In this document: in pieces, positions 32,189 through 42,217 of the stretch
Layout of the letters: every line of letters starts with the position of its first letter
Numbering within the stretch: the stretch's first letter is position 1
From: an uncultured Verrucomicrobiae bacterium
GTDB taxonomy: Bacteria; Verrucomicrobiota; Verrucomicrobiia; Chthoniobacterales; UBA10450
Length of the DNA: 64,000 nt
NCBI GenBank assembly: GCA_963726745.1
Contig: CAVSDR010000002.1
Location: forward strand, 96,001-160,000
Reading direction: 5' to 3'
Notes under the pieces: generated by a model
Told to the model about the DNA's origin: nothing
What the model saw: only the letters and a program-made list of their open reading frames with translations
The model's database searches: none
Program-made: the position numbers and the translations under genes

Positions 32189-32665
32189 ATGCGGACAAAC
32201 CGGAACGCGTTCACGCTCATCGAGCTGGCGATTGCCGTTTTTATTCTGCTCATCATCCTGATGCTCGGCGTGCCGAGTTTAAACGGCGTGCTCGCCGATC
32301 GCCGGCTGCGCCGCTCTTACGAGGGGCTGAACAATCTCGTGCGCCAGGCGCAGGAACGGGCGATCGCCGATCGCCGCACGTATCTGATTCGCTGGGATAA
32401 AAAGCAAATCACGCTCGAGCCGGAAGCGCTGATCAAAGGCGAGAGCAAGGAGCCGGTGGCAACCCTCCCGCTACAAAAAGGCGACGCTTTCATTCTCCAG
32501 TTGCCCGCGGCGTTGCTCCCGGAGCCGCCGGCCGAGTGGGCCTTTTGGCCGTCGGGCACCTGCGAGCCGGCGCGGGTGCAATTCAAAGGCGTGGACGGCA
32601 GCTGGACGGCAACTTACTCCCCGCTAACCGCGCGCGGCGAGCTCACGAATTATGTCGCGCAATAA
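32189..32665 (+). CDS. Prepilin-type pseudopilin (GspH/FimT-like)
   Basis: NAFTLIELAIAV type IV N-methyl motif; F.PSG. Confidence 0.75.
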   Translation: MRTNRNAFTLIELAIAVFILLIILMLGVPSLNGVLADRRLRRSYEGLNNLVRQAQERAIADRRTYLIRWDKKQITLEPEALIKGESKEPVATLPLQKGDAFILQLPAALLPEPPAEWAFWPSGTCEPARVQFKGVDGSWTATYSPLTARGELTNYVAQ

Positions 32666-33047
32666 CCGCCGCGGCTTCGCGCTCTACGAAGTCCTCATCG
32701 GGCTGACTATTTTTGTCGTGGGCGTGCTCGCGCTCGGGCGCTCGGTCGAGAATTGCATGAACGCGAGCGCGCTGAGCGAGCAGGAAGACCGGGTGCGCCA
32801 GGCCTTGGCGAATCGCATGGCCGAGATCCAGGCGACGCCGGGACCGCCGGATGAGAAGCAGGAAGTGACCGTGGCCACTGGCTACGGCGAGGTGAAAATT
32901 AGCCAGCAAACTGCGCCGGCCGGCTTGAAGGGCGAAAAGGACGTGGAGCTGGGCGGCTTGAACAAGGTCACCCTGACCGCAGCCTGGACGCGCAGTGGCG
33001 TGGCGCAAAAGCGCACGCTTCAATTCTATGTTTATCGCGCGGGTTAA
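32652..33047 (+). CDS. Minor pseudopilin (GspI-like)
   Basis: RRGFALYEVLIGLTIF prepilin motif. Confidence 0.7.
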   Translation: MSRNNRRGFALYEVLIGLTIFVVGVLALGRSVENCMNASALSEQEDRVRQALANRMAEIQATPGPPDEKQEVTVATGYGEVKISQQTAPAGLKGEKDVELGGLNKVTLTAAWTRSGVAQKRTLQFYVYRAG

Positions 33048-33667
33048 GCAGCGGCGGCGGCAGCGCGGTTGGGCCTTCACGCTGCTCGAGATCATGCTCG
33101 CGGTCGGCATCCTCGGGATGATGGCGCTGGCGATTTATCGCTTTGTGCAGACGAACATCATCGCGCTGCGCATCTCCGCGGAGAACAGCGTCGTCGACGC
33201 GCAGTATTCCGGCTTCGAGCGTCTGCTGAGCACGCAGTGGCAAAGCCTCCCGCCGGGAACGGGCGCGCTTCTCGGCGAGCCGTTTAAGTTTAACGACAAG
33301 CCGCGCGACGAGATCACCTGGACGGCGAGTGCGGGCGCCCGGCGTGCTCACGCGTTACGCAGCGGGGGAATTTAGTGTGAGCATGCGGCTGCGGCCGGTG
33401 TCGAAGGAAAGCAACAAGATGGAAATTGGGTTGCTGCGAAAGCCGCGGGGCGAGACCGACACCGTGACCGAAAACGAAAGCTGGATTCCGCTGCTGCCGG
33501 ACGTGCAGAGCTTGCAGATTCGCTACTTCGATCCGCGGCTGAACACCTGGGTCGATCGCTGGACGGACACGCTCGTCCTGCCGCGCCTGGTCAAGCTCAC
33601 GATCGCGCGCACGAACGACTCCGTGCCGTGGGAATCGATCATCGCCCTCGGGAGAACCCCGTTATGA
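33028..33667 (+). CDS. Minor pseudopilin (GspJ-like), frameshift near 33335
   Basis: AFTLLEIMLAVGIL; C-half LQIRYFD..W.D.W...LPRLVKLTI. Confidence 0.75.
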
Positions 33668-34569
33668 AAGCGCTGGCTAATTCCCGCAGCGGCGCGGCGC
33701 TGATGCTCTCGCTTTGGGCGCTCTTTGTCCTGAGCGCGATGATTATTTCCTGGGCCCTGAACATCAACGCCCGCCTGGTGAACAACGGCCGCGACGCGCG
33801 CGCGCTCGAAGCCGAGGCGATGGCGTGCTCGGGCAGCGAGATTGCCTTGCACCCGGCGGTAAACGCCAGCTCGGCCGCGCTCCACGGCCGCATCAGCCCC
33901 ACGCAAAGTTACGATGCGCGGATCACAGGGGAAGGCGGGCGGCTCAACATCAATTGGGTGGTCGCAGGGGAAAACCCGCAGCGGCTCGAACTGCTCCGGC
34001 GTTTCCTGGAAGTGAAGGGGATCGACTTGAACGAACGCGAACACATGATCGACACCCTGCTCGACTGGGTGGATGCGGATAATCTGGTGCGGCTCAATGG
34101 CGCCGAGGAGGAACCAAATTACCATCCGATGAACACGCTCTTCGCCCGGTTGGACGACCTGAAGCGCGTCCGCGGCTGGGAGGAATTCACTTCGCGGCCG
34201 GATTGGGATGCAGAGCTTACGGTCAACAGCACCGGCCCGATCGACCTGCTCTGGGCCTCACGCGACCTTTTGCTTTCGCTCCCGGGAGTCAACGAACAAT
34301 TAGTCGACCAGTTCCTGAAACTGCGCGCTGGGCCGGATGAGATCGAAGGCACAGAGGACGACGCGGAGTTCAAATCGATCGACGAAGTGCGGCAGGCGCT
34401 TGGTTTTTCCACGGAACAGTTTAAACCCATTGCGCCGCTGGTTGGGTTTAAGGACCAAATCCTGCGTGTGACTAGCGTGGGAAGGTCTGGCGAGGTCACG
34501 CGCACTGTGCAAATGATCGTGCGCAAGGCCGGGAACGTGCCGCAATTAATCTCTTGGAAGGAAATCTAA
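33664..34569 (+). CDS. GspK-like pseudopilin
   Basis: SGAALMLSLW, EGGRLNIN, LLDWVDAD, GAEEE, SLPGV. Confidence 0.8.
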   Translation: MKALANSRSGAALMLSLWALFVLSAMIISWALNINARLVNNGRDARALEAEAMACSGSEIALHPAVNASSAALHGRISPTQSYDARITGEGGRLNINWVVAGENPQRLELLRRFLEVKGIDLNEREHMIDTLLDWVDADNLVRLNGAEEEPNYHPMNTLFARLDDLKRVRGWEEFTSRPDWDAELTVNSTGPIDLLWASRDLLLSLPGVNEQLVDQFLKLRAGPDEIEGTEDDAEFKSIDEVRQALGFSTEQFKPIAPLVGFKDQILRVTSVGRSGEVTRTVQMIVRKAGNVPQLISWKEI

Positions 34570-35807
34570 AATTCGATGCGGCCCAGGCGCCGGTATTTCT
34601 CGTGCCCGCGGCGCAAGGCTGGAACGTCGTGCGCGCTTCGAGCAACAACGGCCATTGGGATGTGGATGCGGTCGGGTCGATCGAGGAATCGCTCCCGTTC
34701 TTAGCCGGTCGGAAGAACCTCGTGCTCGCGCTGCCCGTGAGCGCCATCCTCGCGCAGCGCCTCCGATTGCCGAACACGGAGCCGGAGGAATTCTCCGAGA
34801 TGGTCCGCATCCAGGTGGAGAAAGCGCTCCCCTATGCACCCGAGGAGGTGACGACTGATTTTGAGATCATCGATCAATCCGAAGAGGGGAGCGTAGTCTC
34901 CGCGATCGCGGTGCATAACGAGCGACTCTCCGAGCTGGCCGCGCCTCTGCTGGCGCGTGGGATCATTCCTCGCCAGGTCACGGTCTACGCTGCGCAACGT
35001 GCCGCGACCCACGCCGCGGATGGCCGGGCGTTTCTCATTTACCAGGAAGACGACGCGCTCGTGTGCGCGATCACGGAGGAGGGGAAGGTCGGCTTTACGC
35101 GCGCGCTCGAGGGCCAGGATGGCGGGCAACTGCAGCGCGACCTTCCGCAGTTCGCCCTCAGCGCGGAACTTCAGGGGATCAACACCGCGGTGCCGCTGGT
35201 CTTGCTCGATCAGAATTTGCTCGAGATGCGCGAGGCGGTGCAGGGCATGTTCAGCGCGCGCGCGGACATGATCTCGCTGGAAACGCCCCCAGCCGCGACC
35301 AAGCTCAACCTCCTGCCCGAAAGCTGGCGGCGGCGGAGCGCGGAACTGGAGCGCCAGGCGCAATGGAAGCAGCGTCTCCTCTGGGCCGGCGCGCTCTACG
35401 GCGCCTTCGTCTTGCTCGTTGCGCTTTACGTCGGGTTCCTCCGCTACCAGGTCGGGCGGCTCGAGCGCCGCCTCGCCAAGGATGAGCCGCAGACGGCCTT
35501 CGTGAAGAAGATGGACGCCACCTGGAAGGCGCTTGCGCCCGCGATCGATCCGCATTTTTACCCGATCGAGGTGCTGCTGAACATCTACCAAAGTCTCCCG
35601 TCGCCCGACGTGCAGATCACCTCCTTTAACCAATCGGCCCGGCAGGTTTCGATCGATGGCGAAGCGCCCAACGCGGCCATGGCTTACCAGTTTGCCGATG
35701 CGGTGAAGAAAAACCCCGACCTGAAAACGTTCCAATTCGAGATGGCCGCCCCGCGCATCCTGCCGAACGAACACGCGCAGTTTCGTCTGGAGGGAAAACC
35801 GAAATGA
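34554..35807 (+). CDS. GspL/PilM-PilN-like assembly protein
   Basis: Actin-like cytoplasmic part, LNLLP motif, TM, PilN-like periplasmic domain; operon context. Confidence 0.65.
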   Translation: MEGNLKFDAAQAPVFLVPAAQGWNVVRASSNNGHWDVDAVGSIEESLPFLAGRKNLVLALPVSAILAQRLRLPNTEPEEFSEMVRIQVEKALPYAPEEVTTDFEIIDQSEEGSVVSAIAVHNERLSELAAPLLARGIIPRQVTVYAAQRAATHAADGRAFLIYQEDDALVCAITEEGKVGFTRALEGQDGGQLQRDLPQFALSAELQGINTAVPLVLLDQNLLEMREAVQGMFSARADMISLETPPAATKLNLLPESWRRRSAELERQAQWKQRLLWAGALYGAFVLLVALYVGFLRYQVGRLERRLAKDEPQTAFVKKMDATWKALAPAIDPHFYPIEVLLNIYQSLPSPDVQITSFNQSARQVSIDGEAPNAAMAYQFADAVKKNPDLKTFQFEMAAPRILPNEHAQFRLEGKPK

Positions 35808-36346
35808 CGCCCGCCTTTCTCCAGCGAATGAATCCGCGCGAGCGCGTGCTTGCCCTGGTCATCGGCAGCCTGCTCTTCTTGCTGATTAATCTTTACCTCT
35901 GGTCGTCGCTCCTCGGCGCCTTGCGCGCCGCCCGCGCGGAGATGGCCGAGCGCCAGGGGTTGCGCGCCCAGCAGCAGGTTTTCCTGCGCGAGCGGAAGCT
36001 TTGGGAGAAGCGCGCCGACTGGCTGGCGAAACATCAGCCGGTGATGAAGAGCCCGGTCGAAGCCTCGACCTTGCTCGACGAGGTCAAGCAGGCCGCGGGC
36101 AAGAACAAGATCGTGATCGAAAATCCGGTGATCGGCGCGAGCGAGGCGACTCCAAATTACCAAGCCGTCTTCGCCTCGGTCGAAACCAAGAGCGGCTGGC
36201 CGCCCCTGGTGCGCTTCCTTTACGATGTGCAACAGCCGGATAAATTTGTCGTCTTCGAAAGCGTGAACCTGCAGATCGATTCGGCCGACCCCACGAGCAT
36301 GCGGGGCAAGTTCAAGATCGCCCGCTGGTTCGCTCCCAAGAAATGA
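35804..36346 (+). CDS. GspM/PilO-like protein
   Basis: MNPRERVL + TM + coiled coil; follows GspL-like gene with ATGA overlap. Confidence 0.6.
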   Translation: MTPAFLQRMNPRERVLALVIGSLLFLLINLYLWSSLLGALRAARAEMAERQGLRAQQQVFLRERKLWEKRADWLAKHQPVMKSPVEASTLLDEVKQAAGKNKIVIENPVIGASEATPNYQAVFASVETKSGWPPLVRFLYDVQQPDKFVVFESVNLQIDSADPTSMRGKFKIARWFAPKK

Positions 36347-37020
36347 GAACTCGCCGGCTGTTTTTGGTTTCGTTAGGCAGTGCCGCCCTGGCGGCGATCG
36401 CCGTCCGCGCGGCGGACGATCTTCCGCAGGGTCAGGCCTTCGCGCGCTACGAGCCGATGATGAACCGCTCGCCTTTCGCGGTCGCCACCGCGGCCACCCC
36501 GCCGCCGCAGGCGCCGAACTTCGCCAAGGATCTCTACATCGCGAACGCGGCGAAATTGGCCGACGAAGCGGTGGTCACGCTTTCCTCAAACGTCGACAAG
36601 AGCCTCAAGGAATTCCTCAGCACCAAGGCCCCGAATAAATCCGGCTACAGCATTTCGAACATCGAGTGGTCCGATCGCGTCGGCGCGACCAAGGTCACGA
36701 TCACGAAAGACGGGCAGGTTGCGACCTTGTCCTTTAATGAAGCGCTGCTGGCGCAACCAGTCGGCAATCATGCCATGCCGCAGCAACCGCAAGCCCAGCC
36801 GCAAGTGCAAGCCGTGCCGCAAGGCATCCCCGCCCAGCAATTGCCCGCGCCCGGCCAGCAGATCCCGCAGCCGGCGCCGAACTTCAATCAAACCACCATC
36901 CGTCCCGCGCCGATTCCGACATTGCCCACGCCGCCACCGCGCGTCCGCGGCGTCATCCGTCGCAACGCCGACAACGTTCCCGCCACGCCCGATCCCCAAG
37001 GCTTAATGCAGGAGCAGTAA
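36343..37020 (+). CDS. Pro/Gln-rich exported protein (GspC-like position)
   Basis: N-terminal hydrophobic segment, RSPF motif, low-complexity tail; translationally coupled. Confidence 0.5.
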   Translation: MRTRRLFLVSLGSAALAAIAVRAADDLPQGQAFARYEPMMNRSPFAVATAATPPPQAPNFAKDLYIANAAKLADEAVVTLSSNVDKSLKEFLSTKAPNKSGYSISNIEWSDRVGATKVTITKDGQVATLSFNEALLAQPVGNHAMPQQPQAQPQVQAVPQGIPAQQLPAPGQQIPQPAPNFNQTTIRPAPIPTLPTPPPRVRGVIRRNADNVPATPDPQGLMQEQ

Positions 37021-37150
37021 GCGCGCGGCGCCGAAGTGCTCCGCACGTTATCTCGAGCGCAGCGAAGCGAAGTCGAGAGACCCCGAGGCTGTAGGGCGAC
37101 TTCCGCAAGTTGCCGGCTAAATTAGCCAGCAAGATCACCGCGGAGAGACG

Positions 37151-37609
37151 CTAGTTGCCCCAGTTGTCGTCGGCCGTGTCCGGCTTCCGATCGGGCCCCG
37201 CGGAATAGAGATCGAACCCTGTCGGGTTCTTCCGGCCGGGGGAATAGTAGATGTAGTTATTTCCCCACGGGTCCTGCGGCAGTTCCTTGAAGAGCTGATA
37301 CCAGCGCGTCGGCTTCGGATCAGTTTCCGGTGGCGTCACCAGCGCCTGCAAGCCCTGCTCCGTTGTCGGCAGGAAACCGTTTACGCTTTCGTAAAGCTTC
37401 AGTTGAGTCGAGATCGATTGGACATCGGCGCGCACGCGCATGTCCTTGGCCACGCCGGTGGTGTTGCCCAATTTGGAAACGGCCACGCCCAGAATGATCA
37501 CGATGATGCCCACTACGAGCATGATCTCGAGGAGGGTAAAACCGGCCTGCCCGCGACGAGCGGAGCGCAGGGTTATTTCGGATCGAGAAGGTAGTCGGAT
37601 TTTTCCCAC
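37151..37609 (-). CDS. gspG: Type II secretion major pseudopilin; start uncertain
   Basis: AGFTLLEIMLVV, PTTEQGLQALV, DPWGNNY.Y..PG, DLYSAGPD. Confidence 0.9.
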   Translation of the reverse strand: MGKIRLPSRSEITLRSARRGQAGFTLLEIMLVVGIIVIILGVAVSKLGNTTGVAKDMRVRADVQSISTQLKLYESVNGFLPTTEQGLQALVTPPETDPKPTRWYQLFKELPQDPWGNNYIYYSPGRKNPTGFDLYSAGPDRKPDTADDNWGN

Positions 37610-38631
37610 AAGTATTTCAGTTGAATTTGCGTCGCGCGAATCGCCGCGGCCGGGGTGCCGGGCGCGCCGAGGACAATCACATCATTTGTCCCCGCTCTCA
37701 AATGCCGCGCGGGCACGAGCAGCTGCGCGCGCAGCCAGCCGGTGTAGCGGAAACGCATTCCGTCGACTAAACGCCGGGCCTCGCCGCGGTAAGCGGGATC
37801 GGCCAAGTCCGTGAGCACGAGCGAAACTTTGCCGACATTTTCACCGTTCACATAGACCACCGGCGGCGCGTCGACGCGCGCGCTCGCGATTTCAAAAGTG
37901 AGCAGCGCCGCCACCGGCTGGCTCTCGATCCCGAACCGGAAAGCGGCGCCTTCCGCCATCGTCGGCCCGATGCGGATGGTCTCCTGCGCGAGCGTGGCGG
38001 TGACGGTGCCGAAAGTTTCCGTGTCCTGCTCCGGCGAATGCAGCGGCGAGGTGGCCGCGAAACGCTCCGGCAAAACCTCGTGCTCCTCCGCCCCCAGGGG
38101 CTGGGCCACGCGGCGGCTCGACATCCAGTCGAGGTAAAGCCCGCGCACGTTTTTGCCGTCGCCATTGACCTCGACGTCGATGCAGCTCACGCCCAGCATC
38201 GGCAGGATGACGCTGTCGGAAGTGGGCAATTCAATCCCGGCGCCGAGCGCAGTCGAGCGGAGAATTTGCGAGCCCGATTCATCCCAAATGATCACGATTG
38301 GCTGCTGATCTTTTTTGTCGTCGAAGAAGAGCCGCAGCAAGAGGAGCTGGAGGTCGCTGCGCGGATGGGCGACGCGAATCCGGAAGACGGTGCGTGCGGG
38401 CGCGTCGCCCTTTGCAGCGAGGGGCACGAGCGTGACTGCCTCGACCCAGTTCGGCGTGCTTTGCGGAGTGGAATGCGTGGCGGCGGTCTGGCGGAGATCG
38501 ATCCAGGCGCTCGGGGCAATTAGCGGCGTGGCATTCGGCCGCCCGGCCAAACCTTGGCCGATCGCTTCCTGCGCGCGCACCGTTCCGCCGGCGCAAAGGA
38601 GCGCGAAGCCCAGAAAGAGGCGGAGCAACAT
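37573..38631 (-). CDS. Exported hypothetical protein between gspF and gspG
   Basis: Signal peptide, 352 aa, beta-rich; co-oriented and tightly packed. Confidence 0.6.
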   Translation of the reverse strand: MLLRLFLGFALLCAGGTVRAQEAIGQGLAGRPNATPLIAPSAWIDLRQTAATHSTPQSTPNWVEAVTLVPLAAKGDAPARTVFRIRVAHPRSDLQLLLLRLFFDDKKDQQPIVIIWDESGSQILRSTALGAGIELPTSDSVILPMLGVSCIDVEVNGDGKNVRGLYLDWMSSRRVAQPLGAEEHEVLPERFAATSPLHSPEQDTETFGTVTATLAQETIRIGPTMAEGAAFRFGIESQPVAALLTFEIASARVDAPPVVYVNGENVGKVSLVLTDLADPAYRGEARRLVDGMRFRYTGWLRAQLLVPARHLRAGTNDVIVLGAPGTPAAAIRATQIQLKYLWEKSDYLLDPK

Positions 38632-38646
38632 CGCGGCGATGCTAAC

Positions 38647-39900
38647 TCAACGCGGACGCACCTGTAAACTGCTCGTCATTTCAAAGACGGCGCTGAGGAT
38701 GCTGAAGACAACGAAGCCGACCACGATCGCGATGATCACGATGATCACCGGGGGGATGAGCGCAGAGATGATTTTAACCGTGCGATCGAGCTCACGCTCG
38801 TAGACATCGGCGATCGCGCCCATGGTCTGCGCGAAGTGGCCGGTCTGCTCACCCACCGCCATCATGTCGGTGAAGAGTTCCGGGAAAAGCTCCTGCTGCG
38901 CGAGCGCCACCGAGAGATTCGCGCCGTCGATCACCGCCCTGCGCACGTCTGTTAGTTTCCGCTCGAGGTAACGGTTGCCGGCAATCTCGGTGACCAGGTC
39001 GAGCGCTTTCAAGAGCGGTACGCCGTTCTCCATCAAGGTCCCGAGCGTGCGCGAAAATTGCGCGTAGTAGCTGTGCTTGATCACCCGCCCATAGCCCGGC
39101 GCGGAGAGCCGCAGACGATCGAGCGCGACTCGCCCTTCCTCCGTGCGCGCGTAGGCGCGCACGCCGATAAACGTGCCCACGGCCACGATCGCCGCGATCC
39201 ACCAATAAGTCGTTAGGGCATGGTGAAAGGCCACCAGCAGGCGCGTGGGCAGCGGCAGCTCGCCGCCATTCTGCGACATGAACTGCGTCAGCTGCGGAAC
39301 CATGAAGGTGATGAAAATAGTCATCAAGATGGCGCCGGCGACTGCCAGAAAGGCGGGATAAATCAGCGCCTGTTGCACCCGGTCGCGCAGATTTTTTGCC
39401 TGCATCAAATGCTCCACCAAACGGCGCAAAATCTCCGAGAGCGCACCGCTCGCTTCGCCCGCGGCGATCAGGTTCACGTAGATCGCCGGGAAGATGCGCG
39501 GGAAATCGCGCAAGGCCTGAGAGAAGCTGCGGCCATCGATCAGCGCCTGGTGCAGGGCCGAGGTCATCTGCTGCACGCGCGGATGCTTCAGGCGCTTCCG
39601 CAAAACCGCAAGCCCTTCGTCCAAGGTCATACCTGCCTGGAGCAGATGCGCGAGTTGCTCGGTAAAGATGAGGAGCTGGGTGTGCGGAATCTTGAGGCTC
39701 TGCGTCGCCGCGGGCACCACCGCGCTGGCCGCCGGCGCGCTGGTTACGACTTGCGGCGCGCCGCCGATCGCCTCGATGCGCACCGGGATGTATTGCAGTT
39801 GCTCGATTTGCCGGATGGCCATGCCGCGATCCGCGCAATCGAGCGTCCCTTCCACCAGGCCGCCCTGCAGGTTGCGCGCGCGATAGGAAAACTGTGGCAT
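38647..39900 (-). CDS. gspF: Type II secretion / pilus platform protein GspF/PilC
   Basis: MPQFSYRA start, AGEASGAL, ALIYP, GVPLLKAL, VGEQTG. Confidence 0.9.
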   Translation of the reverse strand: MPQFSYRARNLQGGLVEGTLDCADRGMAIRQIEQLQYIPVRIEAIGGAPQVVTSAPAASAVVPAATQSLKIPHTQLLIFTEQLAHLLQAGMTLDEGLAVLRKRLKHPRVQQMTSALHQALIDGRSFSQALRDFPRIFPAIYVNLIAAGEASGALSEILRRLVEHLMQAKNLRDRVQQALIYPAFLAVAGAILMTIFITFMVPQLTQFMSQNGGELPLPTRLLVAFHHALTTYWWIAAIVAVGTFIGVRAYARTEEGRVALDRLRLSAPGYGRVIKHSYYAQFSRTLGTLMENGVPLLKALDLVTEIAGNRYLERKLTDVRRAVIDGANLSVALAQQELFPELFTDMMAVGEQTGHFAQTMGAIADVYERELDRTVKIISALIPPVIIVIIAIVVGFVVFSILSAVFEMTSSLQVRPR

Positions 39901-39946
39901 GAACGCGCCCACCCTAGCACAGGCGCCCGCCGCGTGCAGGGCCGCT

Positions 39947-42162
39947 CTAGGGCGCGGGCACTTCTGGCGCGAGGAGGAAACGCAGCTCCCGCTCGTATTC
40001 CGGCTTCGCCTTGGCGGCGGCTTCCGCAAGCGTCTTCGCGGCCTCGGTTTGCCCGGTGGATTGCGCGTAGACCGCAGCCAGCCATTGCCGCTCCGCCGCG
40101 TCGGGCGCGCCCGGGCGAATGAAGGCGTTCGACATCGCGAGCAAGGTCGCGGGCGCGAGGCGATCCCATTTGAACGGCGCCCCGCCATAGGGCGCAATGC
40201 GCAGGGTAATTTCCGCGCCGTTCGCGCCAACCACGCCTTGATAAGTCGTCGCGCCCACCGTCACCGGAGTCGCGATAGCGCCCGCCTTGCAGATCGGCGA
40301 TCAGGCGCGCCTTCCACTCGGTCAGCCAGGTCGGGCGGCGGCGGGCAAACTCCGCGGCGGCTTCCTTTTCATGCGCAGCGGTTTCCTCTTTTGCAAGGCG
40401 CTCGGCGCTGGTCGCGAGGCGCTGCGCTTCATCGTTGAGGAAGGCGCCGAGCGCCGCGTCGTCGCGCGCGCGCTCCTGCAGCGCGCGCAATTTTTCCAGG
40501 GCCGACTGCGCCACGGCCGCGGTCGTGAGGCGCTGCGGAATGGCCTTGGCCTCGGCATAGACAGCGTGATCCGCGAGGAACTTGCGCGCAAGCGGTTGAT
40601 AGTCGGCGATCCACTTTTGCTCGTTAGGCGGCGTCGCTCTCGGCGAATTTCCGCAGGTAAGCCGCGGCCTCGTCGAACTCGCGCAGCTGCCAGTCTTTCA
40701 CCCCGTAAAGGAAGAGCGCGAAACTGTTCCAGCCCGTGGCCTCGGCCTCGGCCGCGCCGCGCACCGGGCCGCTGCCGGCGAGGGCGCGCGCGGTCTCGGT
40801 GAAGAAGCGCGGGAGATCGGACTCGGCCGGCTTCGCAGAGAAGGCGGCGCTCCGCTGGAGCTGCTCGAAGCTGTCGCGCGCGGGCGCGATTTTAGCCTGC
40901 AACATCTGGGCGAGCCCGAGGTGGAGCCGGGCCCAGTTTTGCAACGGTTGTCGGTCGCCCGCTTCCTTGATTAGCTTCGTGAAGCTGGCGGTCGCGGCTT
41001 CCAATTTGCCGTCTAATAATTGCCGGCGCGCTTCCTCGTAGCGCTGCTGGAGCGCGGTGCTGTTGTCGGCCCCCGGCAGCGGGCGTGCCCGGCGCCACCG
41101 CGGCGGACGGGGCCGCCGGCTTGCGATGAAGCCAATAATAGCCGCCGCACCCGCGAGGAGCGCCAGACTAACGAGACCAATGACCATCGGCTTGAGCCAC
41201 GAGCGTTCCGCCGGCGCGCTCCCATCCGCCGGGAGCGCGCGCCAGGCGCGGCGCAATTCATCGACCAGGTGCGCGTAGGAAGTAAAGCGGTTCGCCGGGT
41301 CCGGGCGGAGCATGCGGTCGATCACGAGCGCGGTTTCCTTCGACACTTCCGGCGCGAGCGAGCGCAGGCTGGGCGGCGCGCTTTTTAGCCGGCGCAATTC
41401 CGCGGCCGAGGTGGTCTCCGCTTCCATCGGCGGGCGGCCGGCGAGCGCGTGAAAGAGGGTCGCGCCGAGGCTGTAGATATCGCTGCGAAAATCCTCCGGC
41501 GCATTGTCCAGGCGCTCAGGTGCGACATAGTAGGGCGTGCCCCAAATCTCCTGCTGCGCTTCGGCGTGTTGTTCCGCCGCGCCGGCGAGACCGAAATCGC
41601 CGATCTTCGCGGTCCGCGCATCGGAGAAGAGGATGTTGGCCGGTTTAACGTCGCGATGAATCAAACCCTTTTCATGCGCCGCCTCCAGCCCGCGCGCGAC
41701 CTGGATGCCGGTCTCGAGCACCTGCCGCTCGGGCACGCGAGCGTGCTGCGCCATCAAGTCGTCGAGGCTCCCGTGATCGACCAATTCCATCACCAGGTAG
41801 ATCTGCCCGTGCGCCGTGCCCGAGGAGTAAAGCTGGACGACGTTGGGATGATTGATCGCCGCAGTCACGCGCGCTTCCTGTTCCAAACGCGCCGCCTCCG
41901 CGGGATCGGCGCTCAAATCTTTACGCAGCAACTTGAGGGCAACGAAGCGGCCCAGCCGCGTGTCCTGCGCCTTGTAAACCGAGCCCATCCCGCCCACGCC
42001 GAGGGTTTCGGTGAGCTTGAAATTATCGAAGGCCGTCTCGACGCGGAATTTTTCCCCGCACTGCGGGCAGGCGATCTTCGCCAGCGGTTCCGCTTCGGAG
42101 ACATCGACCGCAGTGCCGCACGCGGGACAGGTTTGCGGCGGCACTTGGAGAGCGTCGGGCAT
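39947..42162 (-). CDS. Ser/Thr protein kinase with N-terminal Zn-ribbon, TM and helical C-terminal region (several frameshifts)
   Basis: CPACG..CPQCG; LGVGGMGSVY, VALK, HRDVKPAN, DFG, GTPYYVAPE; C-terminal pieces in ORFs 39744-40514 and 39947-40264. Confidence 0.85.
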
Positions 42163-42217
42163 TGTGATCGCGTATCATTCGCGCGATTCCGCGAAAAGAC
42201 CAGCACGGGCCGCAAGC

